This document shows, in pieces, positions 51,859-62,959 of a stretch of 64,000 nt of DNA. Location: assembly GCA_943354475.1 (NCBI GenBank), contig CALRBT010000002.1, positions 16,361 through 80,360 on the forward strand. The letters are read 5' to 3'. Within the stretch, counting starts at the first letter, position 1; every line of letters begins with the position of its first letter. The notes below the pieces were generated by a model. The model had not been told where the DNA came from. It saw only the letters and a program-made list of their open reading frames with translations, and ran no database searches. Source of the stretch: Parcubacteria group bacterium (GTDB taxonomy: Bacteria > Patescibacteriota > Minisyncoccia > Phycocordibacterales > CALRBT01). The translations under genes were made by a program, and so were the position numbers.

Positions 51859-52920
51859 TTATTGCGCCGAAGCACACTCACCGCGCGCCTTGATTTCAAC
51901 CTTAGCCGACTTAGCCAAACATTCGTTAGAATAGGTCCTGCCATCAACTCCACAAACTGGGCTGTAGTCTGCTGTACAAAATACCTTTGAATTATTTGGA
52001 ATTAGCGGATCGGAACCATCATCTTTCAAATCAGATTTTGGAAGAAACGTAAGGCATCTCTCGTAGTCCTTACCGAAGGATTTTATTTTTGCATCGAAAT
52101 CGCCCTTACTTAAAGTCTTTGCTTTAAGCATCTCTTCATAACCTGCTACTGTATTCATCAACTTTTCACAGTAAGACGCACCTGGTTTAAGTGGAACAGT
52201 GGGTGTGGTAAATGTAGGTAGTGGCACTGTGATTTTTGAATTTTCTGTTATAGATTTGTCCTCCGTGCTGCTGGCGTTTGGGAGTAATCTAATCACCTCG
52301 TCACTTGAGCCAATTATCTGATTCAACTCCCGCTCGATGTCACTGAGATCTCCATCTTCTGAGATGATTTCTTCATCCACACCACTGGTTGGTGAATCAC
52401 CTGTGTCCAAAAGAGTATTTAACTCTTGTTTTATTTCTGGGTCACTGACCTTATCTTCAAGATCGAGCAAAATCTCCTTATGTATTTCACTGTGTACCTC
52501 TGCATCATCGCTATACATTTTAGCCTTGTCCTTATCAACAATCTCAAGTGCTTGAATACTTTCATCAACTAAAGCGTCGCTTTCTGAATAGCTTGAGATG
52601 GCGTCTTCAATAGTCTCATCTTTGACACCCTTCTCTGTTTTCATTTTTTCGAGTTCAGCAGCTCGTTCGTCACGAACCCTGAGCTCTAATTTCACCTTAT
52701 CCTCAGGTTTAGTTGTAAAAATCCGCTCAATTCCCCGTTTCCACTCCTTAAGAAAATAAAAAGAGCTCGATGGTAAGAGGTTCACCTTTGGAAGTGGAGC
52801 GGTGGTACTAGTAGCAGCGTGTGCGGGTAAAACCCAAAATGAGCTAAAGAAGACGGCGCACAAAAGGCCGAAAAGCACCAGATTTAAAGGTTTTTTTAAG
52901 GTTATTACACTAGATTCCAT
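51859..52920 (-). CDS. Secreted DUF5667-like protein with C-terminal Kazal domain
   Basis: LLPSSSFYFLKEW; CTADYSPVCGVDGRTYSNECLA. Confidence 0.8.
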   Translation of the reverse strand: MESSVITLKKPLNLVLFGLLCAVFFSSFWVLPAHAATSTTAPLPKVNLLPSSSFYFLKEWKRGIERIFTTKPEDKVKLELRVRDERAAELEKMKTEKGVKDETIEDAISSYSESDALVDESIQALEIVDKDKAKMYSDDAEVHSEIHKEILLDLEDKVSDPEIKQELNTLLDTGDSPTSGVDEEIISEDGDLSDIERELNQIIGSSDEVIRLLPNASSTEDKSITENSKITVPLPTFTTPTVPLKPGASYCEKLMNTVAGYEEMLKAKTLSKGDFDAKIKSFGKDYERCLTFLPKSDLKDDGSDPLIPNNSKVFCTADYSPVCGVDGRTYSNECLAKSAKVEIKARGECASAQ

Positions 52921-52968
52921 AGACTGATATTATAACACAAAACCAAGATTTTTGTAACAAATCTCTGT

Positions 52969-53772
52969 TCAAACCAACTCAAAGTATGCCTTTTGTTTTA
53001 GGATAAAACCCTCGTTTTGAAGCTCCTTAAGTTTATCTTTCACTCGCCCTTTTTCGTCTGCAACAAGTCTCTCAAGCTCAATTTTTGAAAGTTTCTTGTT
53101 TTTGCCTAGTAATTTTAATATTTTACCTCGAACTTCCCTATCTGAACCCTTAAACTTGCTCTGCTTTGTATATCCTTTACTGTGACGTCCCTTATCAAAA
53201 CCTTTTTCTTTTAACATTGCGCCATAGTCCATGAGCGCCCAGTACCACTCTCGAGGATTATCCAAATCGAGTGTTTTAGAAACCAATGGGAGCAATTCTT
53301 TGTCATCAACCTTAGTCTGGTTAGGAAAAAAGAAATGAATATAAACTGTACGGATATTGGTTTCGATAATTGGATACGGCTTGTTAAATGCAAATGCAGA
53401 AACTGCCCCAGCAGTATACGGACCGATTCCAGGCAACGACATTAGAGCAGTCGGTGAATCTGGAACCTTACCTTTGTGGTCACGAACTACAGTTTCTGCC
53501 AAACGTTTTAGTGCCAAGGCTCTGCGATTGTAACCTAAACCGAGCCAAATCTTTAAAACATCGCTTACCTTAGCCTTGGCTAGTTGCTGGATAGTTGGAA
53601 ACTTTTTTATGAAAACTTTATACTTAGAAACAACCCTCAGCGCCTGTGTTTGCTGTAACATTACCTCTGAAACGATAATCTTGTACGGATCGGTTGTCTC
53701 ACGCCAAGGGAAGTCACGCTTGGTTTGGTTATAGTAGTCAAAGATTACTTTTTTAAATTTTTTAGTCGTCAT
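52969..53772 (-). CDS. mutY: A/G-specific adenine glycosylase (MutY-like, short)
   Basis: PWR, VSEVMLQQT, GLGYNRRA, LPGIGPYTA. Confidence 0.85.
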   Translation of the reverse strand: MTTKKFKKVIFDYYNQTKRDFPWRETTDPYKIIVSEVMLQQTQALRVVSKYKVFIKKFPTIQQLAKAKVSDVLKIWLGLGYNRRALALKRLAETVVRDHKGKVPDSPTALMSLPGIGPYTAGAVSAFAFNKPYPIIETNIRTVYIHFFFPNQTKVDDKELLPLVSKTLDLDNPREWYWALMDYGAMLKEKGFDKGRHSKGYTKQSKFKGSDREVRGKILKLLGKNKKLSKIELERLVADEKGRVKDKLKELQNEGFILKQKAYFELV

Positions 53773-53868
53773 ATTTCCTACGGAATTTAACAGAATAATT
53801 TGTGCGATATATCGTACAAATTATTCTGTTTAACCCCCCAAACTAAAATTCCAATTGAATACTATTTA

Positions 53869-54600
53869 TTAACCAAATCGTTCTGTTTTGATACTTTTTG
53901 GATTAAATCCAGCCGCAACTAAGATGCCTGAAAGTGTTTCAACAAAGGAGTTTGATCCACAGACATAAAATAATGGCCTCTTATCGTGGAGTTCACCGAA
54001 AAGTTCATTGATCATCACCTCGTCTGCTCTTCTTGCATACCCTGTCCAACCGATTGGCGCTTCCTCAGTGAGGGTAAGTGCTAAGTGGAAATTCACGTCA
54101 TCCCTTGAAAATTTCTCAAGTTCATCTTTGTAAAGTACGTGCCCAATTGTCTTGGCGCTAATCAAGAAAAAGACCTCTCTCTCAGAGTCATCTGATAAGT
54201 GAAGTTTGTGGTGACGCACCATACTCATGAGTGGAACAACCCCCGAACCACCACCAATAAGTACGAGAGGTCCTGGGGTTGCTATGTCCCAAAGGAAGTG
54301 TCCACCAAGGGGTCCTCGCACCTCAATTTGGGCCCCTGGTTCGAGTGCGAAAAGATACGGGGAAACTTCACCCTCTTCAAGCAATTCAATGCCAAGCTCG
54401 ATTCTACCTTCCTCCTCTATGGTGCTAGCAACCGAATAACTCCGCTCTGCTTGATAACCATTAGCTGCAGTCAATCTAATATCAATATACTGCCCTGGAG
54501 TGTGTCCTGGCCACCAAGGTGCATCAAACACTAATGCCATTACGTTAGTGCCAATCATCTTTGATTCAAGTAATGTAACCAAATTCCATTTATTCTTCAT
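53869..54600 (-). CDS. Ferredoxin reductase-like FAD/NAD oxidoreductase
   Basis: RSYS, GEVS, GGSGVVP, YVCG, TERFG. Confidence 0.9.
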   Translation of the reverse strand: MKNKWNLVTLLESKMIGTNVMALVFDAPWWPGHTPGQYIDIRLTAANGYQAERSYSVASTIEEEGRIELGIELLEEGEVSPYLFALEPGAQIEVRGPLGGHFLWDIATPGPLVLIGGGSGVVPLMSMVRHHKLHLSDDSEREVFFLISAKTIGHVLYKDELEKFSRDDVNFHLALTLTEEAPIGWTGYARRADEVMINELFGELHDKRPLFYVCGSNSFVETLSGILVAAGFNPKSIKTERFG

Positions 54601-54635
54601 AGAGATTGTTTAGAAAACTTTTAAAATTAAGAATT

Positions 54636-55235
54636 TTAGTCGTCTAAGTAGCGCTGCTCTTTCCAGGGGTCACCATAGTTATGGTAACCTCGCACTTCCC
54701 AAAATCCAGGAATGTCACCGTTTACGAATTCTAGTTTTGAAAGCCATTTGGCACTCTTCCAAAAATAAAGATGGGGTACAAAGAGTCTTGCGGGGCCTCC
54801 ATGAGGAGTAGAGATCGGCTCCTTCTCAAAGGAGGTCGCAATCATCGCCTTTCCACCCCGAACATCCTCAATTGGAAGGTTGGTGGAGTATCCATCATAA
54901 CTATGAGCAATGAGGTGGGTGGCGCTCTCTGAAACAATAACCTGTTCAATAAGAAAGTCCATTGAAACACCGCCCCAGAGGGTGTCTAACTTTGACCACT
55001 TCGTGACACAATGGATATCAGTTTTCATTTCTACCCGTGGAAGTCTTTCGAACTCTGTCCAGGTAAAAACCTGTGGCGCCTCCACGAGTCCGGCAATCTC
55101 TAGCTTCCAATCATTAATAGAGATATCTGGAGTTGGACCGAGGGAGAGTACCGGGAAATCATTTACCACGTATTGACCGGGAGGAACTTTTGGATTGACT
55201 TGTCGTTTTGGTATGAATCCATCATTGATAATCAT
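54636..55235 (-). CDS. Sulfite oxidase-like molybdopterin oxidoreductase
   Basis: PPGQ, DIHCVTKWS, HGGPAR, YFWKSAKW, GFWE. Confidence 0.9.
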   Translation of the reverse strand: MIINDGFIPKRQVNPKVPPGQYVVNDFPVLSLGPTPDISINDWKLEIAGLVEAPQVFTWTEFERLPRVEMKTDIHCVTKWSKLDTLWGGVSMDFLIEQVIVSESATHLIAHSYDGYSTNLPIEDVRGGKAMIATSFEKEPISTPHGGPARLFVPHLYFWKSAKWLSKLEFVNGDIPGFWEVRGYHNYGDPWKEQRYLDD

Positions 55236-55251
55236 ATTTCTAAATTAGAAA

Positions 55252-55773
55252 TTATTGGAGATATAACTTGAATGCAATTGGCAATCGGACCTCCTTGTCA
55301 TTTTTTGGATCCCCTGATGGATTATCTTTCTTAAAGACGATATACCCATCCTCTGCGTCTGTTTTCTTGAATGTTACTTTTGCTTCAAATGGAACCAGCT
55401 CGTTCGTCATCCAGTCACCCTTTGCTTGAGCAACCCCTTGACCTAATATATTTCCAAGACTATCTTCGATCTCAATTGGAAACGATCCTTCAAAATACCA
55501 TGATCCTGGGATTTGGCCTTTAATCGTAACTGGACTGGTTATAAATGCGTCCTCTCCTAGTGTGTCGAGAACAAGTGGTGAAATGTCTACTAAGACCTGG
55601 AACGTAGTTGTTGCTGTAATGTCTGTTGATGGTGTGTACGCGGTATCAACAAGATTCTCTTGAGTATTCCCTACGAAGAGCTGGTTACGTAAACTTTTTG
55701 ATGCAACAAGAGCAATACTTGCCAAAAAAAGAATACTGATAAAAAGTATGATGAGGAATGATTTTTTAGACAT
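55252..55773 (-). CDS. Gmad2 immunoglobulin-like domain protein
   Basis: WYFEGSFP, DWMT, DNPSG. Confidence 0.8.
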   Translation of the reverse strand: MSKKSFLIILFISILFLASIALVASKSLRNQLFVGNTQENLVDTAYTPSTDITATTTFQVLVDISPLVLDTLGEDAFITSPVTIKGQIPGSWYFEGSFPIEIEDSLGNILGQGVAQAKGDWMTNELVPFEAKVTFKKTDAEDGYIVFKKDNPSGDPKNDKEVRLPIAFKLYLQ

Positions 55774-55787
55774 AATCTTTAGGCTAG

Positions 55788-56231
55788 TTATTGTTTTTTA
55801 AAAACATGTAGAGTGTTAATAAAGTAAGAGAGTGAACCAACAAGTATTGCGACCAACCCACGGATAAACAAGAGCATCAGCTTGGTATCTGGGTGAAAGT
55901 ATTTAACAAAAAAACGAAAGAGGCCGATAGTGAGAAAAAAGGCTAATACGTTAACAATAAAAAAGTTTATATATCTACTCGTACTACTCCCATAAAACGG
56001 GCCCGTATAGACCCAGGCGTGAACAAAAAGGTAATGAACGAGCAATCCAACAGCAAAAGCCGCAGTAATTGCTAACTTAATATTAACCTCAAGAAATTCA
56101 ATCAAGAGGTAGAAGAGTACTAGGTCAATTACCGTCGCCAAAATACCGAAAAAGCTATATCTCATGAAATGAGCCTTCTGTGGATGTTTAACACTTACTG
56201 CGTCTATGTACTTATTGAGATATAAAAACAT
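55788..56231 (-). CDS. GtrA family flippase
   Basis: Four TM helices, RYSFFGILAT. Confidence 0.8.
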   Translation of the reverse strand: MFLYLNKYIDAVSVKHPQKAHFMRYSFFGILATVIDLVLFYLLIEFLEVNIKLAITAAFAVGLLVHYLFVHAWVYTGPFYGSSTSRYINFFIVNVLAFFLTIGLFRFFVKYFHPDTKLMLLFIRGLVAILVGSLSYFINTLHVFKKQ

Positions 56232-56262
56232 TTCAGATAAATCACCTCAAAAACCCTATGGC

Positions 56263-56649
56263 TTATGATTTTTTTGAGGCAGCTTTTTTGGTCGGTTGCT
56301 TAACTATCCCCACTTTAATTTCTTTCTTGAGATTTTTCCAGTGACCTTTCAGCTCTCGCTTAAGACCTTCAACGTCAGTGAGATCAATCGTTTTAATCTT
56401 TTTGTATTTCTCAGAAACTTTATCAACGAGCGTATTGTAAGTACTCTCATCAATCGACTTTAATTTCTCAATACCTTCAAGTACTTCTCCCTTCGCCTTT
56501 AGTGCCCAACCTTTTACTTTCTTTCGATTTTTTGCAGCATCCTTACTTCCATAGAGAAAATAAGTTCCCGCCGTTGCAGCAATAGCTACTAATCCAAGGC
56601 CCGCCATAACACCACCTCCGTTACTATTTTTTGTTTCTTTTTTTGGCAT
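56263..56649 (-). CDS. Hypothetical protein (YtxH-like)
   Basis: Ala/Gly TM helix, YFLYG, basic helical tail. Confidence 0.65.
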   Translation of the reverse strand: MPKKETKNSNGGGVMAGLGLVAIAATAGTYFLYGSKDAAKNRKKVKGWALKAKGEVLEGIEKLKSIDESTYNTLVDKVSEKYKKIKTIDLTDVEGLKRELKGHWKNLKKEIKVGIVKQPTKKAASKKS

Positions 56650-56674
56650 GATTGTATATTAAAATTAGTATTAA

Positions 56675-56980
56675 TTATTCGTCACTCTTTTCACTTTTAT
56701 GCTTCCCCTTTCGTCCTTTGCGGTGAACGAGTGAGAAAAGTCCAAAAAGTGAAGCGATTGTGTGACTTTTTTCTTTAACAAAATGCCTCACCGAAGTCAC
56801 ATCATCGAGCACGGCCATACCCTCCTCTTTTGCGCGTTTTGAGAAATCCTTGAGATTACGCAGAATGATAATGAGGTAAACGAGGGCGATGAGTGCCGCG
56901 AGTGAAAGGATCACGATAGCAATCGTTGTAACAAAGAAAAATATATCCGCATGAACCAGCTGTTCCATGTGGTTAATCAT
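56675..56980 (-). CDS. Hypothetical membrane protein
   Basis: ADIFFFVTT plus TM helix. Confidence 0.65.
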   Translation of the reverse strand: MINHMEQLVHADIFFFVTTIAIVILSLAALIALVYLIIILRNLKDFSKRAKEEGMAVLDDVTSVRHFVKEKSHTIASLFGLFSLVHRKGRKGKHKSEKSDE

Positions 56981-57115
56981 ACCACAAGGCTAGGTTTTAG
57001 GTTATAGGGTTTAGGCTATTAGGGGCGCGGGCCGTAGGCCTGCACCTCTAATCTTGGTTGAAACCAATACCCCATAACCTAACCTCTACAAGCTAGTTCG
57101 TGCTAGTATGCTCTT

Positions 57116-57814
57116 ATGCGAATACAGAAATATCTATCTGAACAAGGAATTGCCTCTCGTAGAGAGGCTGAAACCCTTATGCAGGGGGGCTTAATCAGCG
57201 TTAATGGCCAGATCGTCAAAGACCTTGGTCGTCAAATCGATCCCTTAGTCGATAAAGTTACCCTCTCTCCTGCTGCCCAAAAAACCACACTTCAAAAGCA
57301 AAGCGTGTTGATTTACAAACCTCGAGGAACTGTCTCCAGCAACTTACGAAACGAAGGTAAAACGATTGCCGAAGCTTTCCCAAATTACAAACACCTCTTT
57401 CCAATCGGAAGGCTCGATAAGGCAAGTGAGGGTCTCCTCATTCTTTCAAATGACGGGACCCTAGCAAAGGTACTCACCAGTGGACATCTTATTGAAAAAG
57501 AGTACATCGTCACTGTTCAGGAAGAGCTTACTCCACACCACATTAAACTCTTTAAACAGGGTCTTAACCTCTCTGATGGTAAGACACTACCCGCTAAATC
57601 AGAGCTAATCAATGCACACACGTATTCAATCACCCTCAAAGAAGGGAGAAATCACCAGATTAGACGTATGGCTGAGGAGCTACGCCTAACGGTTACTAAT
57701 CTAAAACGAATACGAATCGGAAACGTACGGATTGCCAGAATGAAACCTGGAGAATCAAGAGCTCTGAAGCCTTCGGAGATACAAGAACTCAAAGTTCTAG
57801 GTGGTAGGTTATAG
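57116..57814 (+). CDS. RsuA/RluB-family pseudouridine synthase
   Basis: S4 domain SRREAE, GRLDKASEGL, EGRNHQIRRM. Confidence 0.93.
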   Translation: MRIQKYLSEQGIASRREAETLMQGGLISVNGQIVKDLGRQIDPLVDKVTLSPAAQKTTLQKQSVLIYKPRGTVSSNLRNEGKTIAEAFPNYKHLFPIGRLDKASEGLLILSNDGTLAKVLTSGHLIEKEYIVTVQEELTPHHIKLFKQGLNLSDGKTLPAKSELINAHTYSITLKEGRNHQIRRMAEELRLTVTNLKRIRIGNVRIARMKPGESRALKPSEIQELKVLGGRL

Positions 57815-57901
57815 GGGATAGGTTTTAGGTTTAAACCAAGAACATCCCGAAAGCGAAGCTTGCGGGATGTTCCCTATCACCTATCACCTAAAAGCTAAAT
57901 C

Positions 57902-59695
57902 CTAATTTCTCTTAGCTTTTACTCGATCATTTTCAGTTAAATACTGCTTTCGGAGACGCACACTCTTCGGTGTTACTTCGAGATATTCATCTTCCGCCAT
58001 CGTCTCAAGTCCTCGCTCGATGGAGAGTGTGATTGGTGGGACAAGGTCAATGTTCTCATCTGATCCTGAAGCGCGCATGTTGGTAAGTTGTTTACCTTTA
58101 GTAGGGTTTACCATCATTTCCTCACCCTTTGATGTGTTTCCAATAACCATTCCCTCATACACCTCAACGGTTGGCCCAATATAGAGAACCCCTCGATCCT
58201 GGAGATTGTAGAGTGAAAAACCGAGTGCCTTACCAGCTGCCATTGAAATCATCGAGCCTACCTGTCGTTTCTTGATCTCACCTGCATATTTCATAAACCC
58301 AATAAATCGTGAGGAGAGAATTCCTTGACCCTTGGTATCGATCACAAACTGACCTCGGTATCCCAAAAGTCCGCGAGTTGGACCCTCCATGGTTAGACGC
58401 ACTGACATCTCGTGCTGTTTCAAATCCTTCAAGATAAAACTGCGCTGCCCTAATTTTTCAATTACAGCTCCCTGAAACTCAGATGGAATATCGATAATCA
58501 CCTCTTCAAACGGCTCGCTTCTTACTCCTTCAATATCCTTAATAATTACCTGAGGTTGAGAAACCTGGAGCTCATACCCTTCTCGTCGCATGTTTTCAAG
58601 CAAAATAGAGATGTGAAGCTCTCCGCGTCCGTATACTTTGAAAAAATCATTTGCCCCAAAATCAACTTTGAGTCCAACGTTAATTTCAAGTTCCTTCTCA
58701 AGTCGCTCTCTGATCTGACGTGAAGTAACAAACTTACCTTCTCGTCCGGCAAAGGGAGAGTTGTTAACCAAAAAGTTAAGTGCGATCGTTGGTTCGTCCA
58801 CGGCAATAGCGGGAAGTGCGACAGCATCGTTGCTATCAGCAATCGTTTCTCCGATATAAATATCAGGAAGTCCTGCAATAATAACAATGTCTCCGGCAAA
58901 AGCCTCCGTCACCTCTTTTCTATTTAGTCCCTCAAAGGTAAATAGCTTGGTAACCTTTCCTGTTCGCTTTTCTCCATCTGGTTTGATAATAACCAAGTTT
59001 TGTCCTGTTTTTATACTTCCCTCATAAACACGGGCAATGGCAAGACGTCCCATGAAATTGTCGTAACCGAGATTAAATGGCTGGGCACGTAGTGGAAGGG
59101 TTGAATCGCTCTGTGCAGGAGGAACGTGGGCAAGGACAGTCTCAAGTAGTGGACTGAGATCCTTTGAATCATCCGTTAGCTTATTCTTGGCGATTCCCTC
59201 TCTTCCAATAGCATAGACCACGGGAAATTCACTCTGGATATCATTAGCCCCTAGCTCCCAGAAGAGTTCGAGTACCTGTTCTTCACAACGAGCAGGATCA
59301 GCTGCAGGCTTATCGATTTTGTTGATAATAACAATTGGTCGTAGTCCAAGTTCAAGAGACTTCTTGAGCACAAAACGTGTCTGAGGCATGGGGCCTTCCT
59401 GGGCGTCCACAACAAGGAGAACGCAGTCAATTGACCTTAAAACCCGCTCAACCTCTGAACCAAAGTCGGCATGTCCTGGTGTATCAACGATATTTATCTT
59501 GGTATCTTTATAGAAAATAGAAGTGTTTTTGGCGTAAATAGTGATGCCGCGCTCTTTTTCAAGTGCGTTTGAATCCATAGAGACTCCCTCCTCGCCAAAA
59601 CCGCTCTGCTTCATCAGGGCGTCGGTTAGGGTCGTTTTGCCATGGTCCACGTGGGCAATAATGGCGATATTTCTGATTTCTTTTGTAGGTTCCAT
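57902..59695 (-). CDS. typA: Translational GTPase TypA/BipA
   Basis: [34 protein letters not shown]. Confidence 0.97.
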   Translation of the reverse strand: MEPTKEIRNIAIIAHVDHGKTTLTDALMKQSGFGEEGVSMDSNALEKERGITIYAKNTSIFYKDTKINIVDTPGHADFGSEVERVLRSIDCVLLVVDAQEGPMPQTRFVLKKSLELGLRPIVIINKIDKPAADPARCEEQVLELFWELGANDIQSEFPVVYAIGREGIAKNKLTDDSKDLSPLLETVLAHVPPAQSDSTLPLRAQPFNLGYDNFMGRLAIARVYEGSIKTGQNLVIIKPDGEKRTGKVTKLFTFEGLNRKEVTEAFAGDIVIIAGLPDIYIGETIADSNDAVALPAIAVDEPTIALNFLVNNSPFAGREGKFVTSRQIRERLEKELEINVGLKVDFGANDFFKVYGRGELHISILLENMRREGYELQVSQPQVIIKDIEGVRSEPFEEVIIDIPSEFQGAVIEKLGQRSFILKDLKQHEMSVRLTMEGPTRGLLGYRGQFVIDTKGQGILSSRFIGFMKYAGEIKKRQVGSMISMAAGKALGFSLYNLQDRGVLYIGPTVEVYEGMVIGNTSKGEEMMVNPTKGKQLTNMRASGSDENIDLVPPITLSIERGLETMAEDEYLEVTPKSVRLRKQYLTENDRVKAKRN

Positions 59696-59911
59696 TTGTT
59701 TTTGAATTAAAAGGCCCGCACGTGCGGGAAGTAACCATATCATACCATAGATTTAAAAAAGTGAAAGTATGGCCCAACTTAAGCCTTCACGCGATAATTT
59801 AAGGCAAATTTTAAGTATTGACGAATAAAGAATTTTGATGGAACTCAACCTTCTAAACACAAAACAACCCCGAACGAACGAGATTGTTTTGTGTTTAGAA
59901 ACTAAAACTAA

Positions 59912-60313
59912 CTAGCAAGAAGTTCCGGAAGGAGCTGCTGTCTTCATAGTTGAAGTTCCAGTCCAGTCAACACACCAGTAACCACCTGCACCCTTCAAGC
60001 CTGCAGAGGCTCGCCAGACACTTACTCCATCAGCGCAAGTAACCGCGGAAGCCGCCTGAGGACTAATTCCACCAAACATGGTTGTATTAGCACTTGCACA
60101 GAAGCCTGCGTAAGAGTTTGTGTTTGAATCATAGTAAAGTTCTGCTTGAACCCTTACCTGAGCCAAACCTGATTTCACTGATGCATCAGCCCCCTTGTTA
60201 CGAGCGGTATTAAGTGACGCAAGTACCACCGATGAAAGGATACCGATAATCGCGATAACGACAAGAAGTTCGATAAGTGTAAAACCTTGTGTTTTTGTTT
60301 TCATTGTAAACAT
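59912..60313 (-). CDS. Type IV pilin
   Basis: QGFTLIELLVVIAIIG; C-terminal Cys residues. Confidence 0.92.
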   Translation of the reverse strand: MFTMKTKTQGFTLIELLVVIAIIGILSSVVLASLNTARNKGADASVKSGLAQVRVQAELYYDSNTNSYAGFCASANTTMFGGISPQAASAVTCADGVSVWRASAGLKGAGGYWCVDWTGTSTMKTAAPSGTSC

Positions 60314-60480
60314 GAAATTAATAATATTTGATTAAACGATAAAGTTAAATGTACAATTTTTTCGATTTCCTGTTCTTCTTGATTTTCGACCGACTCGTCG
60401 TACGTCGTACGAGAAGCTCATTTATTTATAATGTACAGTAGTATTATAACGTACCTAAGTTTCTACACAAAGCCACCTGT

Positions 60481-60630
60481 GGATAAGGGAGCGAAGCGAA
60501 CACTTATACTTTAGTGCAAGGGGACGTAAAAACTCGAAGGAGTTTTTACGGGACACTTATACCCCGTGGGTATAAGGGAGCTTATGCGAAGTATAAGCGA
60601 ACACTTATCCTCTTGAGGATAAGGAGTGTG
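60481..60630. repeat. Dispersed repeat family B (TAAGGGAG...GAACACTTAT hairpins); also at about 6821-6885 and 23559-23605
   Basis: GGATAAGGGAGCG..GCGAACACTTATCCTC..GAGGATA is shared between copies. Confidence 0.7.
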
Positions 60631-60676
60631 CCTCATGCCGTAAGTGAAGAGAGCGAAGTACTTCTTGTGCTCTACT

Positions 60677-61885
60677 TTAACTAATTCCCGAAGAAATATT
60701 GTAAATCGGAATCAAGACTGAAGTAAGGAGGACACCAACACCGAGTCCTAGCATGACAATCATTGCAGGCTCAATCAAATAAACGAGACTATCGACTGCA
60801 TTATTCACCTCACGGTTATAGAATTTTGCCAAAGTTTGAAGGATGTCAGAAACCTGACCTGACTCTTCCCCCACTTTTATCATTTGAATCATAATCGATG
60901 GAATTTGAGGGTACCGTCCCATTGCATCAGAGAGCGTGCTTCCTGTCCGTACCGCCTCTCCTGTTGCGGTTAGAATGTTTCGATAGACTACATTATCCAC
61001 CACCGAAGCTGTCGTTTCAATCACTTTGATCATTGGGATACCGCTCGAAAGCATTGTCCCGAAGTTATCAGCAATACGTCCGAGGTAAAGTTTTCGGAAG
61101 AGATCACCAACATAGGGTATAGTAATCTTAACCTCATCCATATAGAGCTTACCTCCCGGTGTCATGAAGAATCTGACAAGGAAAAATCCTAGAACCACCA
61201 TTGCACCAACAAAAAATAACCCGTAATTAACCAAAAAGTCACTGACTCCCATAACAACTTGTGTGTAAATAGGAATAGCTTGACCTGAATCCTTGATAAT
61301 TGCACCGAGTTTTGGAATAACCACAACAAGCATCAAGATCATCACCGCCATAAAAGTAAAGATAACAAAGGCTGGATAAATAAGTGCATTCTTAGCCTTG
61401 GATGAGACTGCGTAGGTTCTGTCGAGATAATCAGCCAGATATTGAAATGTCTGGTCGAGTTTTCCCGCTTCCTCACCTGAACGAATCATATTCACGTAAA
61501 ATTCAGAAAAAATGTCAGGATGTTTGGAGAGTGCTTTGGAAATAGAGCTTCCACCTTGGAGATCGTCAGCGACTTCAATGAGGCGTTTTCCTAAAACCTT
61601 ATTACCAGAGGCTTCTCCAAGTAATCTAAAAATTCGGAGTGCTGAAATCTGGGCTTGGAAGAGTGTTGCCATCTGGCGAGAGAGAATCACCACATCCTTA
61701 TTTGAAACACCTGAAAAGATGTTGATATCAAATTTTGATGTCCAAGAAGCTCCTGCATCAGTAATAGAGGTAATGATGAATTCCCTTCTTTGCAATGCAT
61801 TTATTGCCACATCGACATTGAGCGCATCAATACTCCCCGACGTCTCCTTACCTGCTTGATCTAGTGCTCTATAGTTAAATAACAT
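60677..61885 (-). CDS. pilC: Type IV pilus platform protein PilC/GspF
   Basis: GEEAGKL, ALIYP, GEESG, IEP. Confidence 0.92.
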   Translation of the reverse strand: MLFNYRALDQAGKETSGSIDALNVDVAINALQRREFIITSITDAGASWTSKFDINIFSGVSNKDVVILSRQMATLFQAQISALRIFRLLGEASGNKVLGKRLIEVADDLQGGSSISKALSKHPDIFSEFYVNMIRSGEEAGKLDQTFQYLADYLDRTYAVSSKAKNALIYPAFVIFTFMAVMILMLVVVIPKLGAIIKDSGQAIPIYTQVVMGVSDFLVNYGLFFVGAMVVLGFFLVRFFMTPGGKLYMDEVKITIPYVGDLFRKLYLGRIADNFGTMLSSGIPMIKVIETTASVVDNVVYRNILTATGEAVRTGSTLSDAMGRYPQIPSIMIQMIKVGEESGQVSDILQTLAKFYNREVNNAVDSLVYLIEPAMIVMLGLGVGVLLTSVLIPIYNISSGIS

Positions 61886-61889
61886 ACTA

Positions 61890-62954
61890 TTAAATTAGTT
61901 TCTCTAGAATTTTTGGGTTAAGAGAATGTAGATAGGCATTCTCCAAACTGATTTCACCTCTTCGAACCAAGTCAGCCAAGCAACGATTCATATCAATCAT
62001 TCCCGACTCCATTCCTGTTTCAATCACGGTATTAATCTCATGAGTTCGTCTTTCACGAATAAGACTTGAAACGGCACTGTTATTAATCAGAAGCTCATAG
62101 GCAGGGACCTGTCCTCCAGAGACTCTTGGAATCAAGCGCTGAGAGAAGATACCAGTAAGTGACGTTGAGAGTTGTACCCTAATCTGATCTTGCTGAGTCG
62201 AAGGAAACGAGTCAATAATACGGTCAATGGTTTGGGCGGCGTTGTTGGTGTGGAGGGTTGAGAACACCATATGTCCCGTTTCGGCCGCGGTCACTGCGGT
62301 TGAGATTGTCTCAGGGTCACGCATCTCACCAAGGAGAATAACATTAACATCTTCTCTAAAAACAGAGGTGAGCGCGGTCTTAAAGTCGGCAGTGTCTGTC
62401 CTGATCTCACGTTGATGAATTGTCGACTTCTTTTCCTCGTATTGGTATTCAATTGGATCCTCAATCGTTATGATACGTTCTGCCCGCTCAGTGTTGATTT
62501 TTTCTATCATCGCAGCCAGCGTTGTTGTTTTACCCTGACCGACAGGCCCTACCACAAGAAAGAAACCCTGGCGCTTTTGAGTAAATGATTCAATGATTGG
62601 AGGCAGGTTAAGCTCAGCAATACTTTTTATTTTTTTAGGGATCAGTCGTAGTGCAATACTTATGCCAGCTTGTTGAAAATAGCCATTTCCTCGAAAACGG
62701 ACTTTATCACCCAGCGCATAAGAAAAATCAACCTCTCGTTGTTTCAAAAATAATTCTTTGTTCTCTGGTGATACGAGTGCCCCAAGTAACCCCATCATAT
62801 CCTCTTTGGTAAGGATAGGCTTTTTTAATAACGGTATGAGTGTACCTGAAACACGAACTGTTGGATGTCTCCCTTCAGAAATATGGAGATCAGATGCTCC
62901 TTCGTTAGCAACAATCATCACCAAATCTTCTAGTTCTTTTTTGTAATCATTCAT
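61890..62954 (-). CDS. pilT: Pilus retraction ATPase PilT
   Basis: ASDLH, GPVGQGKTTT, TIEDPIE, GEMRD, AAETGH. Confidence 0.93.
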   Translation of the reverse strand: MNDYKKELEDLVMIVANEGASDLHISEGRHPTVRVSGTLIPLLKKPILTKEDMMGLLGALVSPENKELFLKQREVDFSYALGDKVRFRGNGYFQQAGISIALRLIPKKIKSIAELNLPPIIESFTQKRQGFFLVVGPVGQGKTTTLAAMIEKINTERAERIITIEDPIEYQYEEKKSTIHQREIRTDTADFKTALTSVFREDVNVILLGEMRDPETISTAVTAAETGHMVFSTLHTNNAAQTIDRIIDSFPSTQQDQIRVQLSTSLTGIFSQRLIPRVSGGQVPAYELLINNSAVSSLIRERRTHEINTVIETGMESGMIDMNRCLADLVRRGEISLENAYLHSLNPKILEKLI

Positions 62955-62959
62955 ATTTT

